Positions 26,640 through 39,300 of a stretch of DNA of 64,000 nt are shown here, piece after piece (position 1 is the stretch's first letter; each line of letters begins with the position of its first letter). The stretch covers positions 28,832,001 through 28,896,000 of the forward strand of contig NC_087436.1 in the NCBI RefSeq assembly GCF_036321535.1, in the 5' to 3' direction. Both the position numbers and the translations under genes were made by a program. The notes beneath the pieces are model-generated. The model had not been told where the DNA came from. It saw only the letters and a list, made by a program, of their open reading frames with translations, and ran no database searches. This DNA comes from Camelus dromedarius. Taxonomy: Eukaryota.

Positions 26640-26905
26640 AGAGAAAGCTTGACAAACAAAAAACACAGATTTTAGAAATATATCCAAATACTAAAATAAA
26701 TGTAAATAGATTAGACCTACTTGTTAAAATGCAAAAAGTCACATATCTGAAAACTTGAGTTATAAAGAAAAATTCAGCTATGCATGGTATATGGAAAATA
26801 TGTATTCAGCATAAGAACATAGGACAGTTAAAAATAAATGAGAAGATTCACTTAGCAAAGAATGACTAGAAAGAGCTGGTACAACATAATAGCATTTGAT
26901 CAGCT
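26640..26905 (+). mobile_element. Old L1 fragment (start of ORF2 endonuclease)
   Basis: AATAAATGTAAATAGATTAGAC resembles the LNVNGLN-coding start of ORF2. Confidence 0.5.
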
Positions 26906-28596
26906 AGACTGTTAAATCTTTTTCCTTATATTTACCCTAAAGAAACTACAGAAATCAGAAGGAAATTTATATCTAAATAACTAACAACCACACATACACA
27001 GACACACACTCAACTCAAACACAATACTGGGAATACAGAAGGCTGAGCTGGGCTCTGGAAATTAGATGCAACCTGGGGCAGCCTGAATCCAGACACAGCC
27101 ATCACAAAATGGTTGAAAGAAATTTTGCTCTGACTTCTCCCTGGCACTGCAAAGGGACAATTAGTGCATGTTCCTTTATCCCAGGAATCTGCAGCTATAG
27201 TCCACCTACTGGTATTTATAAAGAAACATCTAGACTGTATAAAAGACTTGGTGGGAGTAAGAAAGTGAACGAAACAAGATCAAGTCAGCTCAACGAATTC
27301 TGAACATCCTCCCTCTGCCCATTTTACATTTCACCCCCATGTTTGATATCAACTGTGTCTTTCTGATACTTCTTCTTTCTATAAATTTAAATTGGAAACA
27401 TGTCCAAAGATTTTTTTAAAAGGATGCAAGTTAATGATATTGGGCCATGTCTATAAAGTATAATTCAATGGGACCATTTTTGAAGATGATAGTTTCGATA
27501 TAGAAAGATGATCAAGTGAAAACAGTATTATTATGGTATGATTCAACTTTTTACAATAGGCATATATGTGTATGTATGCAGAAAAAGTCTAAAAGGCTAT
27601 AAACCAAAATATTACCAGCTGTCATCTCAGAATGATAGAATTACAAGTTATTTAAGCCAGAGGGGAAAAACACGTGAATTCCTTGAAGCGTTGCCTTGTG
27701 GAGTAAAAGCAAACCAGCTTAGTTAACAGTGGTGCTGTGGTATCTGCCTCTCCCTGCACTGATTCACCTCATCCACTTCGCTCAACGTAGTAAGAAAACA
27801 ATAGAGTGCATGTAACACTTTCCAAACATGTATCACTGGATTGAACATAAGCAAACATACACAAAATGAATAGAATCTCTACTTTGTAAAAAAAGACAGT
27901 AAGTTGATAACACATATCACTTAAGCAAAATGGCTGAAATGCAAAAGTCAACTTGAAGTAAGCAAAATACAAATACTCAAACGGACAAGGGAATATGAAA
28001 GATAGACTCAAGTTTTATGGGGTTGAAAAATTTTCAACACTGAAACTTTTCCACAGAATTAGAAAATCAAAATTACATGTGAAGTATACATTTAGACTGG
28101 GAAAATAACACTAATATCACAAAATCTGAAAAATAGCATAATATTTTTATTTACAACCATATTTAGTTTAATTGTCCACCCACTTTCTATAACAGTTTTA
28201 TTTTCTTACACTTTTTGGCTACATGTTCTTTGACAATCTTTTCATATGACAACAATATTACAATATTTTCCCCTTAGAATGTATAGAATGATGATTCAGT
28301 CTTTTTTCTGACATACTTGATTGAAATTAGTTATTTTTTGTAGAGTATGATAGTTTTATTGCCTAGATTTATGCGTTTTTAAGTTAAAAACAATACAGGT
28401 CTTGTGTTATTATCATAAGCAGAATTCAGCATTTGATAGTTTCTAATATACTTGAATGCTCTAAATCTTATTACCTTATGACCAGATTGCTTGTGGACCT
28501 TTTCTGCTATGGTGGGTCTCCCTTCTGGTAACATTCAGGATAGGTGTACCCACCCACGACCTACTCCCCTTTAATATCTTTCATTATTTGAAATTT

Positions 28597-29566
28597 ATGG
28601 TACAGAATTCTAGTTTTTCCCTAATATCCATTTTCACATTCTTTCTCAATAATAGAACCCTCAGTAACTATCCAGAAGGAGGAATCCTTGAGCTAAATGT
28701 GGTCACGTGACCGTACGCTAGCTAGTGAGGTGTAAGCAGAATTGTTGTGTGTGAAATTTGAAATTTAGGGACTGTTCTTAAAGGGATGCACTTTTTTCCT
28801 TCTCCTCTTTCTTTTTAATCCTTCATTTGTGTTACTTTTCACGTAAGAGGTATGAGGACAAAAGGTCAAGGAGCTGTCTTGGATCATGAAGTAGAGGCTA
28901 TCTATGATGGCTTAGGCTGGTCCTCTGCTCACTGTCTCACAGGCTATAACCAAGGCGACAGCTGGTTCTGTGGTTTCCTCTGGTGCTTGAGGACCTCTTC
29001 CAAGCTCATGAGGTGGTTGGCAAATTCTGTTCCTAGCAGTTGCAGCACTGAGGCCCTCGGCCCCTAGAGGCTGCTGCCATTTCCTGCTTTGTGCCTTTCT
29101 CTGTAATATGCCAGTTTGTTCCACTGAGGAGGAGCTGTTTCTGCTGTTTCGAGTCCCTAACTAAGGAAAGGTCTGGGACCTCTTTCAAAGGGCTCACCTA
29201 GTTAAGTCAGGCCCACAAAGGATGTTTCCTTTTCATATCTCAAAATCAACTGGTTAGGAATCTAAATTACATCTGCAAAATCCCTTTACCTTTTCCATAT
29301 TCTACTGGTCAAAATAATGTCACTGTTTCTGCCTACACCAGAGAATTGTATAGGGTGTGTACGCTAGCTGGTAGGATTCTTGGGGGTCATGTCAAAATTC
29401 TGTATACCACACTGACAATTTTGTAAAACCACAAAGTGAATTATTAGAATAGTTCTGGGCTTCTGAAACTTGGCTTTATTCTGCACAAGAAATAAGTTTA
29501 TATCTTACTTACATTGCTGATTTTTGTTTTGAACATTTGCAGTCAAGTCTAATTCTAACAAATACA
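28597..29566 (+). mobile_element. MLT1J-like MaLR LTR interrupted by another MLT1
   Basis: AATATCCATTTTCACATTCTTTCTCAATAATAGAACCC...TGTGGTCACGTGAC...TCTTGGATCATGAAG. Resumes after 29411 and ends TCTAACAAATACA. Confidence 0.7.
28905..29411 (-). mobile_element. MLT1E-like MaLR LTR nested in the MLT1J-like LTR
   Basis: CTCTTCCAAGCTCATG...AAATCAACTGGTTAGGAATCTAAATTACATCTGCAAAATCCCTTTACC...AAATTCTGTATACCACA is antisense MLT1E-type sequence. Confidence 0.7.
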
Positions 29567-31127
29567 GTGATTATTCTCTCACCCTTTGTTACAGAGACTA
29601 GATAATAACACCACACATCTGTTTACCTGTGGCTCTTTATTGTCTCCTGGTACCTTTTAGGCTGTTCATCTTGAGTTCTCCTCCCTGTGACTTTGTTAGC
29701 TGTTTGTTGGATAACCCATCTGAGTTGGATAATTCCTATCTTTTCCTCTCCTGGCTGTGGAACCAAGTGCTAGCTAGGAATCAGCTTTATGAAAATATTT
29801 TATAACTTGTTTTGTCTTGGCTCTAAATCATGGAAAATTTGCATTTGCCATAAGTACTTGGAAAAAAACATTTCCGTTAGATTTCCCCTGTCCCATTCCA
29901 GTTTGTTTTTTCTCACCTTACTTCCCATCAAGTAAAGAATAAGATTATTGGCCACAATATATGTAAGGCATAGGTGTAGTATATTATCTGGGGAGAGAGG
30001 GTTCTGGTTTATCTTTTCTTTCAGTATTTCTAGAATAATACACTGTTTAATTCACAAAAATTAAAATGAAATGAAAACAAAAAATAGGCATTACAGTAGA
30101 TAGGATAAGGCTGAGGACTTCTTAGCCTCCTAGAAGTTTTTTGCATACCTTTCTAAAAGATGGAAGAAGATGGGCCGTCTCCCTGTTTTTCCTTCCTCCA
30201 CTGCCTCTGCTGAGGCCTTCCGATTATACTTTTTTGACTCCCTCAGTTTACTGGGGACCTTAACTGTGAACTCAATTTCCAGATATTTCAGGATCTATCA
30301 TTATGCACGCTTTTTCTCAGAAATTCTCATTCATGAGTTTGAGTTTCTCTGAAAGTCACGGTTCATAAGCAGACATTAGGTTTGACTTTGAAAAGTATAA
30401 ATAAAAATATATGGTTAAGGCAACCACACAAACAGATATATATATGTATATATATATACATACACATCATTCTACTGTTTCCATCAGCTTCCAGAAGTCC
30501 CCAAATTATCATAGTTAGCAATATTCTTAGGAAATTATCTGCCATATCTCTCAATAAACAAATTGTACACGTACACTTTGATGGAAAGAAACAGGAACTA
30601 AGATTTGGGAAGATTTGAATGATGACTCCTAAAAACCCTCCCAGAGTCCTTGAAAGGAAACATGAAACAATACTTTTGGAAAATGATGGTTAATGTAATC
30701 AGAAACACTCAGTTGGTGTTTAAAAACCAAGGGAAGCTGATACTATTCTAAACAGCATTTCATTATTAGTAAGTGTTCCCTAAATTTAATTCTATTCAAA
30801 ATTTTTCTTTATCTTCAGTTAGCTTATATGACTATCAAACTCAAGTCTGTTTCAAATTTTTCTTTTAAGATTTAACTAGTTAAATGTAAATCAAGTTTCA
30901 AAAATAAGGCAAAGTCCAGAAAAGCGTAATAATGTAAAATCTAAAGTATGGGGATTTAATACTGCTTTCAAGATTAAATATACTTAGGAATTCTGTTTTT
31001 TTCCTAATAATGTTAAGGGATCTATAAAATTAAAGATATATAGGCATTTACTTTCTTTTTAACTATTACATATGTATTATCTATGAACCTTTCCAAATAT
31101 GCTAACTCTGATGCATTCATTCACCAA

Positions 31128-31655
31128 GTATATCAATTAGGGTTCCATCAGGAAATCAAGGTCACCATGGATATTAGAAAATCAGTAACTTATTATAGAA
31201 ATTAGTTGTTATACAATTGTTGGAGGAACTGCAGAACTAAAGGACCAGAAAGGACCAGAAAAATGTCACTAAATAGCCCTGATATAGATGAAAAAGTCAG
31301 GGCCGGCAGGAAGCTGCTAGGGTGGAACCACAAAGTGGGCAGGGCAGATGGCTGCGGAAACTGCTGCTACCTCTGTGAGTTGACAGCTAAGCCTCTAGTT
31401 GCTCAGCAAGGCCAGAAATTGATGAGAAGAGCTGGCCATGGAGCAAATTTAGAACAAGCTGAAACTCCACAACCGTCCCTTACTGCTTGAAGTGATGACA
31501 ACTTTCAAAGTACAGTGGTCTTTGTTTCACCTTCTTCTTCCCAACCTCCAACAAAGGACTTGTGGTCATTCCTTATCTGAAGCCACACAAGGAAGAAAAT
31601 TCTGGAAAATGCCATGTATTTCCAGCTTAACTTCATACAATATAGAATTACCCAC
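31128..31655 (-). mobile_element. ERV-L-type solo LTR (LTR41/LTR52-like)
   Basis: Starts ATCAATTAGGGTTCCATCAGGAAA and ends near GGAAGAAAATTCTGGAAAATGC...CAGCTTAAC, typical of antisense ERV-L LTRs. Confidence 0.5.
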
Positions 31656-31734
31656 TAACCCTGTTTCATCTTCTCAGAGTGAAAGCTGCCTTAATTTCAA
31701 CTGCATAATTTGTAAACATTTAGAAATCAACCTA

Positions 31735-31850
31735 ACCCTACTCACTGCACAGATGAGGAAGCAAAGTGCTGAGTAAGTAAGTTAATTCCCCAAGGGCACA
31801 CAGAGAGTCAATGTTTAAATGAGTTCATTATTTTAACTCCCAACCAAAAT
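31735..31850 (-). mobile_element. MIR fragment
   Basis: ACAGATGAGGAAGCAAAGTGCTGAG...AGTTAATTCCCCAAGGGCACACAG. Confidence 0.65.
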
Positions 31851-34742
31851 CCTTCCTTTTCTAATATGTCAATGATGACTTCCTCCACTTAGGAAAGGGA
31901 CTCTAGATTACATTCAGCATACGTAGAAAACTGGTAGAGAAAAAAACAGTAGTAAATAAGGTACTTTGCAGATGTATGGAGCTAAAGTCTGTGTAAAATG
32001 TCCTATCAACTACTCTGTCTTCTAGAAGACAATGCAAAATACCCTCTTTTCTTCTGTCAAGTTTCCATTTATAACAAACTATTACTAGAATTTTCTTTTA
32101 AGTCACTTTAAGGCATCTCATCATTTTATATTATTCTTGGCCATATTGTTCTGTGTGAATTATTAGACTATCTATATTTTGGGTGACCAGCCATGTCTGA
32201 TGGTTTTAAATATGAAGTCATTCTTTTCTCCTGGTATAATGATAAATTTACATTATAATTAACAGTCAAAGAATTCCCTTTTATGCCATATAATGATGCC
32301 TTTCTTCAGCTTTGCTTTTTCAGGCGGTATATAAAAAATCACAGGGGAAATACCTTTATTTTTAATATTCACATTTATGTATTTAATGAACATTACTGAA
32401 TTTTTCAAGTACTTATTGGGAATGGAGGAGAAATATTTGTTCACTCTTATTTTATTTCAGTCTTAGAGAATGCAGCCTTTGGCTGATGTCAGAATGTTAA
32501 TAATTAGCATCTCTATTAGAAGTCAGCTCCTGCTTTTCAAGCAGCATTATGCGAGGAAGCTATGTTTCCCAAGTGAACGAAGAATTATACAGTTTTATTA
32601 AAGAAAAGCCTTTCCTTTGAATACAATTTTAAGAAAATCTTCAAAGGAACAAATTTAAAGCCTCAAATCAGAGCACAGCACTAATTAGTGTGTAACAATG
32701 ATTTAGGCAGAGAGCACCAGGCCTTGTTAATTTTCCAGACCCATTCTGTAGTCTCTTTGCTGTATATTTCTTTTGATGAGTCAATTTCATCTAGGTGCAG
32801 CTTTTTATAGTTTAACTACTGTCATAACACTTCTAAAGTTTTAGAAAATGGTACATACTGATGCTGAAATCTGGCAATTATCTTCTAACTCTGCATTCCG
32901 ACAACTAATTTTATGGCTCCGCTTAAAATGCTTAATTCAATTTCAAGTATTTTGCATTTATAATATTGCTTTAAGTGGCATGTCTCTGAATAAAATACTG
33001 TAACCATCTATTTGTTTATATAACCTTCACATTTAGAAATAAAAAAATGTGCATCAATCATCAATTATAAGTCAAGTTATTTAAGATTCAAGGGTGTCAG
33101 GTACATGAGTTCCCTTGATCACATTTTATCTTGCAGTGTCTTTTAGGAATTAGAAAATTTTAAATATCAGCTTCATAATTTTAAAATGTTATGTACTACA
33201 CGTGTGTTATCAGAATAAACTGTTTTCTTCATTTAGTGAATAGTGAGGTATTGATCTGAGAATGTCACGGGAAATTAGAGAACAGTAACACCAGAATGCC
33301 ATATAACTGTGATTTATGACTGCAGCAATATGAAGTAGGAATTGATTACTATTAAGGTCAATATCAAGATTCATTGACTCAGATATTCATAGTGACTAAG
33401 GCTAAACTGAGAATCAATGTTTACATCAAGAAAACATATATCTTCCTATGGGTAAAAATATGCCAATATATCCTGCCATCCCGTTATCACCATTATGAGA
33501 ATTCAATCTCTGAAGCATGATAGATATTTTGCAATTTAAAAACCATCTGCTATTGCCTCTAACTCTTGGCACCTGCACCATTAATGACAGAATATTAGAT
33601 TATTTCAATCAAAAATTGGTATTTCTATCAAATAAAAATGAATCATAACTACAGTCCACGTTGGAATTTTTGAGGGATCCAAAATACCAATCTAGTACCC
33701 TGAGGAAGACATCATCACAAAAATCACCGCACCAGCGCAAACAGATATACACCCATTCCATAACAGCTTAGGAAATGGGTACAGATGAATGAATATGTTA
33801 CTAAATAAAGTTAGAACATGTGATCTAAGGAGGCAAACATTAAAGACATGACTGACAAGCTAGAAAACAAATATAATGTGTACTGTTGTGAAGAATTGTG
33901 TTAATTTATAGCCCAGCTTACCTAACATGTTCAATTAAAATTTTGAGCAATTCCAGCCCTGTTCACAAATTGCCCCAACTTTTATTCCCACATTTCTTAG
34001 CTTGGTTTTTTTCTCTCTTTTTTTTCCCATTCTATTTGTGATTCTTTTCACTTTAAATTGGATCGATATACGTGTCATTTAGGGACTGGTCATGTGACTT
34101 GCAGATAGAGCATATTATTTGAAACTCTAGCTAGACTTGAATAGTTTATAAAATATTTATTGGGCACTTGTTATTGCAAGGCTTATAAATAAGACACACA
34201 AAACAGAGCACATGATGACATTATTTCCGGCATACTAAAACCAAGAGCAGCAGCAGCTACGAAACAGAAAGAAGAGGGGAATACATAGAACTACTCCCTA
34301 GTAAATGCTTTTTAAACTATGGTGGTAGAATGAACAAGGTCAAACAAAGATGCCTGGGGAACTACCAGAGATAGGCAGCAAGGATAAAACTAATAAGCAT
34401 TCACAGTGTACTGCTTTAAAGAGAAATGTGTAAACAAGTGATCACAATAAAATAATGGTACCTTACAATTTTACTCCTAAATACTGATCAGTATGTTGTC
34501 ACATATAATCTATTTTTAACTTTATATATTTAGAGTCTTCAAAAACCCACTTGAATTACTGAGTTGACAACAAACTTAGTAAGTCTGTTTTTTTTTTTTT
34601 TCTGGTTCATATCAAAATACAAGGCAAGAATAGAAGGAGCCAAAAATATATATATACTAGAATAGCCTCTAATGCCTAATGTAGTATTGAATTATTGAAT
34701 GCCAGATACATCTGCTTCAAGGATAATATGAGTAAAATCTGT

Positions 34743-35190
34743 TGTATTATATCAACAAGATGTGTGTCTACATACAAATGTACATATGTATATACATATA
34801 TATGTGGAGGGGGAGAGAGAAAGATTTATAGATTTGATGGAATTCTAACATGCAATTATGGAGGCTTGGTGGGTCCAAAATCTGATAGGGTAGGCTAGTA
34901 GGTAGTAGACTCAGGGCTCAGGAAAGAGTTCAGTTCAAGTCCAAAGGCAGTTTGCTGGCAGAATTCCTCCTTGCACATGGGAGGCGCTCAGGCTTTTTCT
35001 ATCAAAGCCTTTAACTGATTGGGTGAGGCCCACTTACATTATGGAAGGCAATCTTTTTTGCTAAAAGTCTACTCATTTAAATGTTGATCTCATCCAAAAA
35101 ATACTCTCCAGAGAAACATTCAGAGCAATGTTTGACCAAATATCTGGGCAACATGGCTTAGCCAAGTTAACACATAAATTAACCATAACA
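34743..35190 (-). mobile_element. MLT2D-like ERV-L LTR
   Basis: CCAAAGGCAGTTTGCTGGCAGAATTCC...AACTGATTGGGTGAGGCCCAC...GCCAAGTTAACACATAAATTAACCATAACA matches the recalled antisense MLT2 consensus. Confidence 0.85.
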
Positions 35191-35372
35191 TCTCTACCGT
35201 TGAATTTATGCATTATAGGGCACAATACTCTTCTTAACAGTGCGATATAAGGCACCTAGCTTCCAAAAATAGTCATAATTCTTTCATTACTAAACACTAA
35301 GAGAAATATATGAAATGTGTCAAAGGCAAAGAATGGAAGATAAAAGAAAACACATCAAGAATCTGTGAATAT

Positions 35373-35452
35373 GGGGGGAGGATACAGCTCAGTGGTAGAG
35401 TGTGTGCTTAGTATGCATGAGGTCCTGGGTTCAATCCCCAGTATCTCTGTTA

Positions 35453-35532
<80 letters not shown>

Positions 35533-35591
35533 TAAATAAATAAATATTATTACTACCCCCCAGAGAAAAATTTGTTTTTAATTTAAAGAAA
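35373..35591 (+). mobile_element. Camelid tRNA-Ala-derived SINE (Vic-1 type)
   Basis: Head GGGGGGAGGATACAGCTCAGTGGTAGAGTGTGTGCTTAGTATGCATGAGGTCCTGGGTTCAATCCCCAGTATCTC resembles tRNA-Ala(AGC), with A and B boxes. It has an A-rich body and tail and a 15-bp TSD with 2 mismatches (AAGAATCTGTGAATA 35357-35371 / AAGAATATGTGTATA 35592-35606). Confidence 0.9.
35452..35545. repeat. Compound (TAAA)n(TAAG)n(TAAA)n tetranucleotide microsatellite within the SINE
   Basis: Seen directly. Confidence 0.95.
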
Positions 35592-36209
35592 AAGAATATG
35601 TGTATACAGTGTTCAGTATAGAATTTATACATTTTTAAATTATTGTTTACCATGAAAATTATAGACTACCCTTAGACTATTATCTAAAAGTCATTATATA
35701 TGGAGATATAAATTTTAAAATAGCTATTGAATTCATTGGACAATAGGCTGAAACAAGTTGGTTTATTTTAAAAATGGTAACTGAAATCTAAGAACAAATA
35801 ATAATATAAAAATTAAACATATTTTCTTTTTCTTATTAAATTGTTTTGTATTTCAATTTTTTCATATGGCTAAATTAAAAATTAAATTAACTAGAGTTAG
35901 CTCAATAGTAGGAAATAGAGAATAAAAGCAGATCAGCACCAAAGTAAGTGTGCCTTATGCAGAATCAAAAGAGATACTATAAAATATTTTTATTGTATCT
36001 TATTGAAAAATAAACTAAAAAAGAACTATTAATTTGCATCCTTCATGATTTCACTCTGGTTTAAAAAATGCAGTCTTAAATATAAAATAATATTAAAGCA
36101 TTTAATTAACATAGTTTTAATTCCATAATTAAAAATCCAACATTTTAACATATATATACTCTGGAAGGTGACACACGAGCTCATTGAAAGACCAGATGTC
36201 CTAGATGCA

Positions 36210-36395
36210 ATCACTAATTCAAACATTCTTAAAGTGTGTCTACCAGCGTCAGCTGCACTTCTAGGTACCACAGATAGGAGCTGAGCAAAGCAGATCCAAG
36301 TATCTGCTTTCATCAGGAACATAGACAATTAACAAATAACACACCACTGCTGTGTAATTATAACTGTGGTAAGTAATAGCTAAGGAAGTGCGTGC
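36210..36395 (-). mobile_element. L2 3' end fragment
   Basis: TAATTCAAACATTCTTAAAGTGTGTCTACCAG...GCACTTCTAGGTAC...AGACAATTAACAAATAA. Confidence 0.5.
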
Positions 36396-39300
36396 TTAGT
36401 GGATTAAACTAATTTAGTTAGTGACAGGCAACTCCAAACCTGCGTATGTTCGTCACGTACTCCACAAGAGGACGCAGTTTATGCCCTTCCAGTTTCTGGC
36501 CACGCTTCACTGAGAGGAGAGTTTGTTTTAGGCTTTTCCAAGGGCTAGGAAACTATGGAAGCTGTGCCGTCAGGATAGGCGGTCGACCAGTAAGAATACA
36601 AAGCCATATCGCATTTTAAACATTTTTGATATTTAGGTAGAATCAGAGGCAGTACACTTTTAAGGATTCTGAGAGTAAGAATGTGCTGGGGGAAAGAATC
36701 TGGGAAGGATGTTGCTAGTGAGTTATAAAGCAGTGCTAGTGAGTTTGTTTTTTTTTTCCTCCCTAACGTAATGTACAGAATATGTTTATGGGGTGACTAA
36801 TAGGACACATTTTGTGCTAAACACTCTAATAAACACTGTATTGGTTATGTTTGTGGATCTTGCACCCCAAGTAAAGGCAATGCATTGAAATTACGGAACT
36901 CTGAAGTTCAACTCATTTTCAAGTCAATTCAGTTGCCCTTAGATGTTAATTATTTTTTCCCTAGACATGAAACTACATAAGTAATCTGAATTACATTACA
37001 ATTTATGAGTAGTTAGCATAAGACTCCGTGGAAAGTCACATAAACTCTAGAAAACGTCTTAAATTCCAACAGTACTAATGAATACAATAAAGGACAATTT
37101 TCTAAGCATTTAGAGAGTAAAACAAATAAAACAACATAAAAACAATATACCACAAAAACAACTACTGCTAAGGATAAATGGGTGGATGGATAAGCAGCTA
37201 TGTATAAGTGACTGTTTGGAAATGCTAATCACTTTCATTCCTTAACGACGACAGACCGGTATATCCTTTCCCCCTAAATTTTACCTCCCGGTCCCTAAAA
37301 CAGTTTCTACTGTTTAATCATATCAAACTCTTATCATTTTCCATATTAGTCCCCAAAGTTCTGCTGCCCTGCTTCTCTCCTACCTTAACAGTGAGTGATG
37401 TCCCATTCATGTTGTTTTCTACCCTTAAGAAAGGGAAGAAGACAGAGCAACAAACTAAGCTATGCACTTGAGAAAATCAAGTTCAAGTGATCATGGTATA
37501 GCAGGTTAGAGATGCTAGTGTGAGTTCCTGTTTGGAATTTTTCTGAGCACTGGGTTATTTTTAAATCATTCCCACCCGAACTTTGATATAAAAAGGGCCC
37601 ATAAGTTACTGCAAAAACTACATTTTGCTTCTACAGTGGGCACACAGTATCCTTGTTTTCTGACCAAGGATAGTGGCTCTTAGCATAGGAATTCCAAAAA
37701 CACTTCAAGGGAGTGTTGGTAAGAAAAGAAAAATCACAAAGTAGAAAAGCATTATCATCTCATCCATTGATTTTGCACTCAGTGGAAATTTCTGTAACTT
37801 CTATTTCAGTACCAGGATTCCAAAAGTACAGCATGAGGCAAAGGATAATAATGCTATTTAATTTTGAGTGATTATTGCTAAATAAGACTTATGGTAAAAT
37901 AAATGTTTTTACCCAGGGTGGGAAAAAAAAGAACATTGTGAGTCTGAAATGAGAGAACAAATTAAGAAGAACTGGAAAAAGTGCACTTACAATTACAGTT
38001 CCAAAACTACATTGAACTTCATTAAAATACTTTCGGCAGCTGCATTAGAAGTCTGCAGCTTTGCTAATAAATCTGTTCTCTTTTCAGTTCAGATTGACCA
38101 TATGTGAGACACAGTGACAACTGATGGTGCATTTATACTAAAATATGTCACAAAGATGTGTAGGACAAGGATACATTGATTGAACATACAAATGTAGACG
38201 CTTTCAGCAGGTAACCTCACCTTACTTCTTGGAGAATGCTTGGCATGGCAGAGAAAAATTTCAATATGCTTTGACCATAGAGGCACAGGAATTGCATGCA
38301 GCAAGTGTCCCTCCCACCCAATTGTTAGAGTTGCAAGAATCCTTGGAGAGCAACTCTCTGAAATCCAATACAAATTTAGACTCTACACTGTAGCACAACG
38401 TGTCATTGTAAATTATTTAAAACTTCCAGTGAATTCACTGCAGTGTGCATTCACATCTGTCTTTATAAATAACATGTTTTTTCTTCATGTACTGAATTAT
38501 AAAAGTCATAACCAGTTCATCTTGAACAACCCCATCCTTCTTTCTGGCATATTATTCAGCTACATTATTTTGGAAAGATCAGCTTACCTATCACCCTGAA
38601 ATATTCAGGCCCTGGAGATAATATTAGCAAGAAAACATTCCATTAGCAAATGCTGCCCACTCAGTTGCAGGTATTCTACTTTCAACATGTTAAAACTTGT
38701 TTATATCACAATATAATCTCATCTCCCCTGAAACAATGCTTCTTCTACAGTTTTCCAAGGCATTTATAATGCTGACCTGGAAATGCCTTTCAATGTAATA
38801 ACCAGAGACAATAATTTTATATTTATATCCTGGCCAGGCTTAAAGGGTTTTAGTTAATTAGGTTAGATTATTAGTTTTGTTATAGCCTATGGGGAAAAAA
38901 ACTAAAAAAAATTATATTTATATTGAGCTTTTCTTAACTGGGCCCTAGTTCTGAGAAGTTTAGTTTTCATAGAGAAAATAAGTACTTCAACTCAATGTCT
39001 GATGTGTGAACTTTGAATGTTAGCCAGACACTAAGGAATATAATGAAGCAAGTGACCTTTTCATTCTCCAAAGATAGCTGCATGTGATCCCAGATCTGCA
39101 GGATACATGTTTAGTACACACGGTTATATCTAATCATCTTGCTTACCGTGTCTCGGCATGTGACTGGTTTGAGAAAAGCAGCAACATTTTTTATTTAATT
39201 AACTAATCAATGAAATATTGATCTGTGTTGAAAAGTGATACCACATTGCTAATAAAACAGAAATGAATTCAATAAAATGGAAAATCATACTGATCTCAAT

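Noticed and set aside
35373..35447. tRNA-Ala gene
   Set aside because: It has stem-disrupting substitutions, an A-rich body and tail, and a TSD, so it is a SINE head rather than a functional tRNA.
38110..38599. VTTDGA-like motif plus a 119-aa ORF suggesting a hAT transposase fossil
   Set aside because: A single short motif followed by a stop, with no other transposase motifs or terminal inverted repeats seen.
39100..39165. Hairpin (ACACGGT...ACCGTGT) as a possible pre-miRNA
   Set aside because: The stem is short and interrupted, and I recognise no known miRNA sequence.
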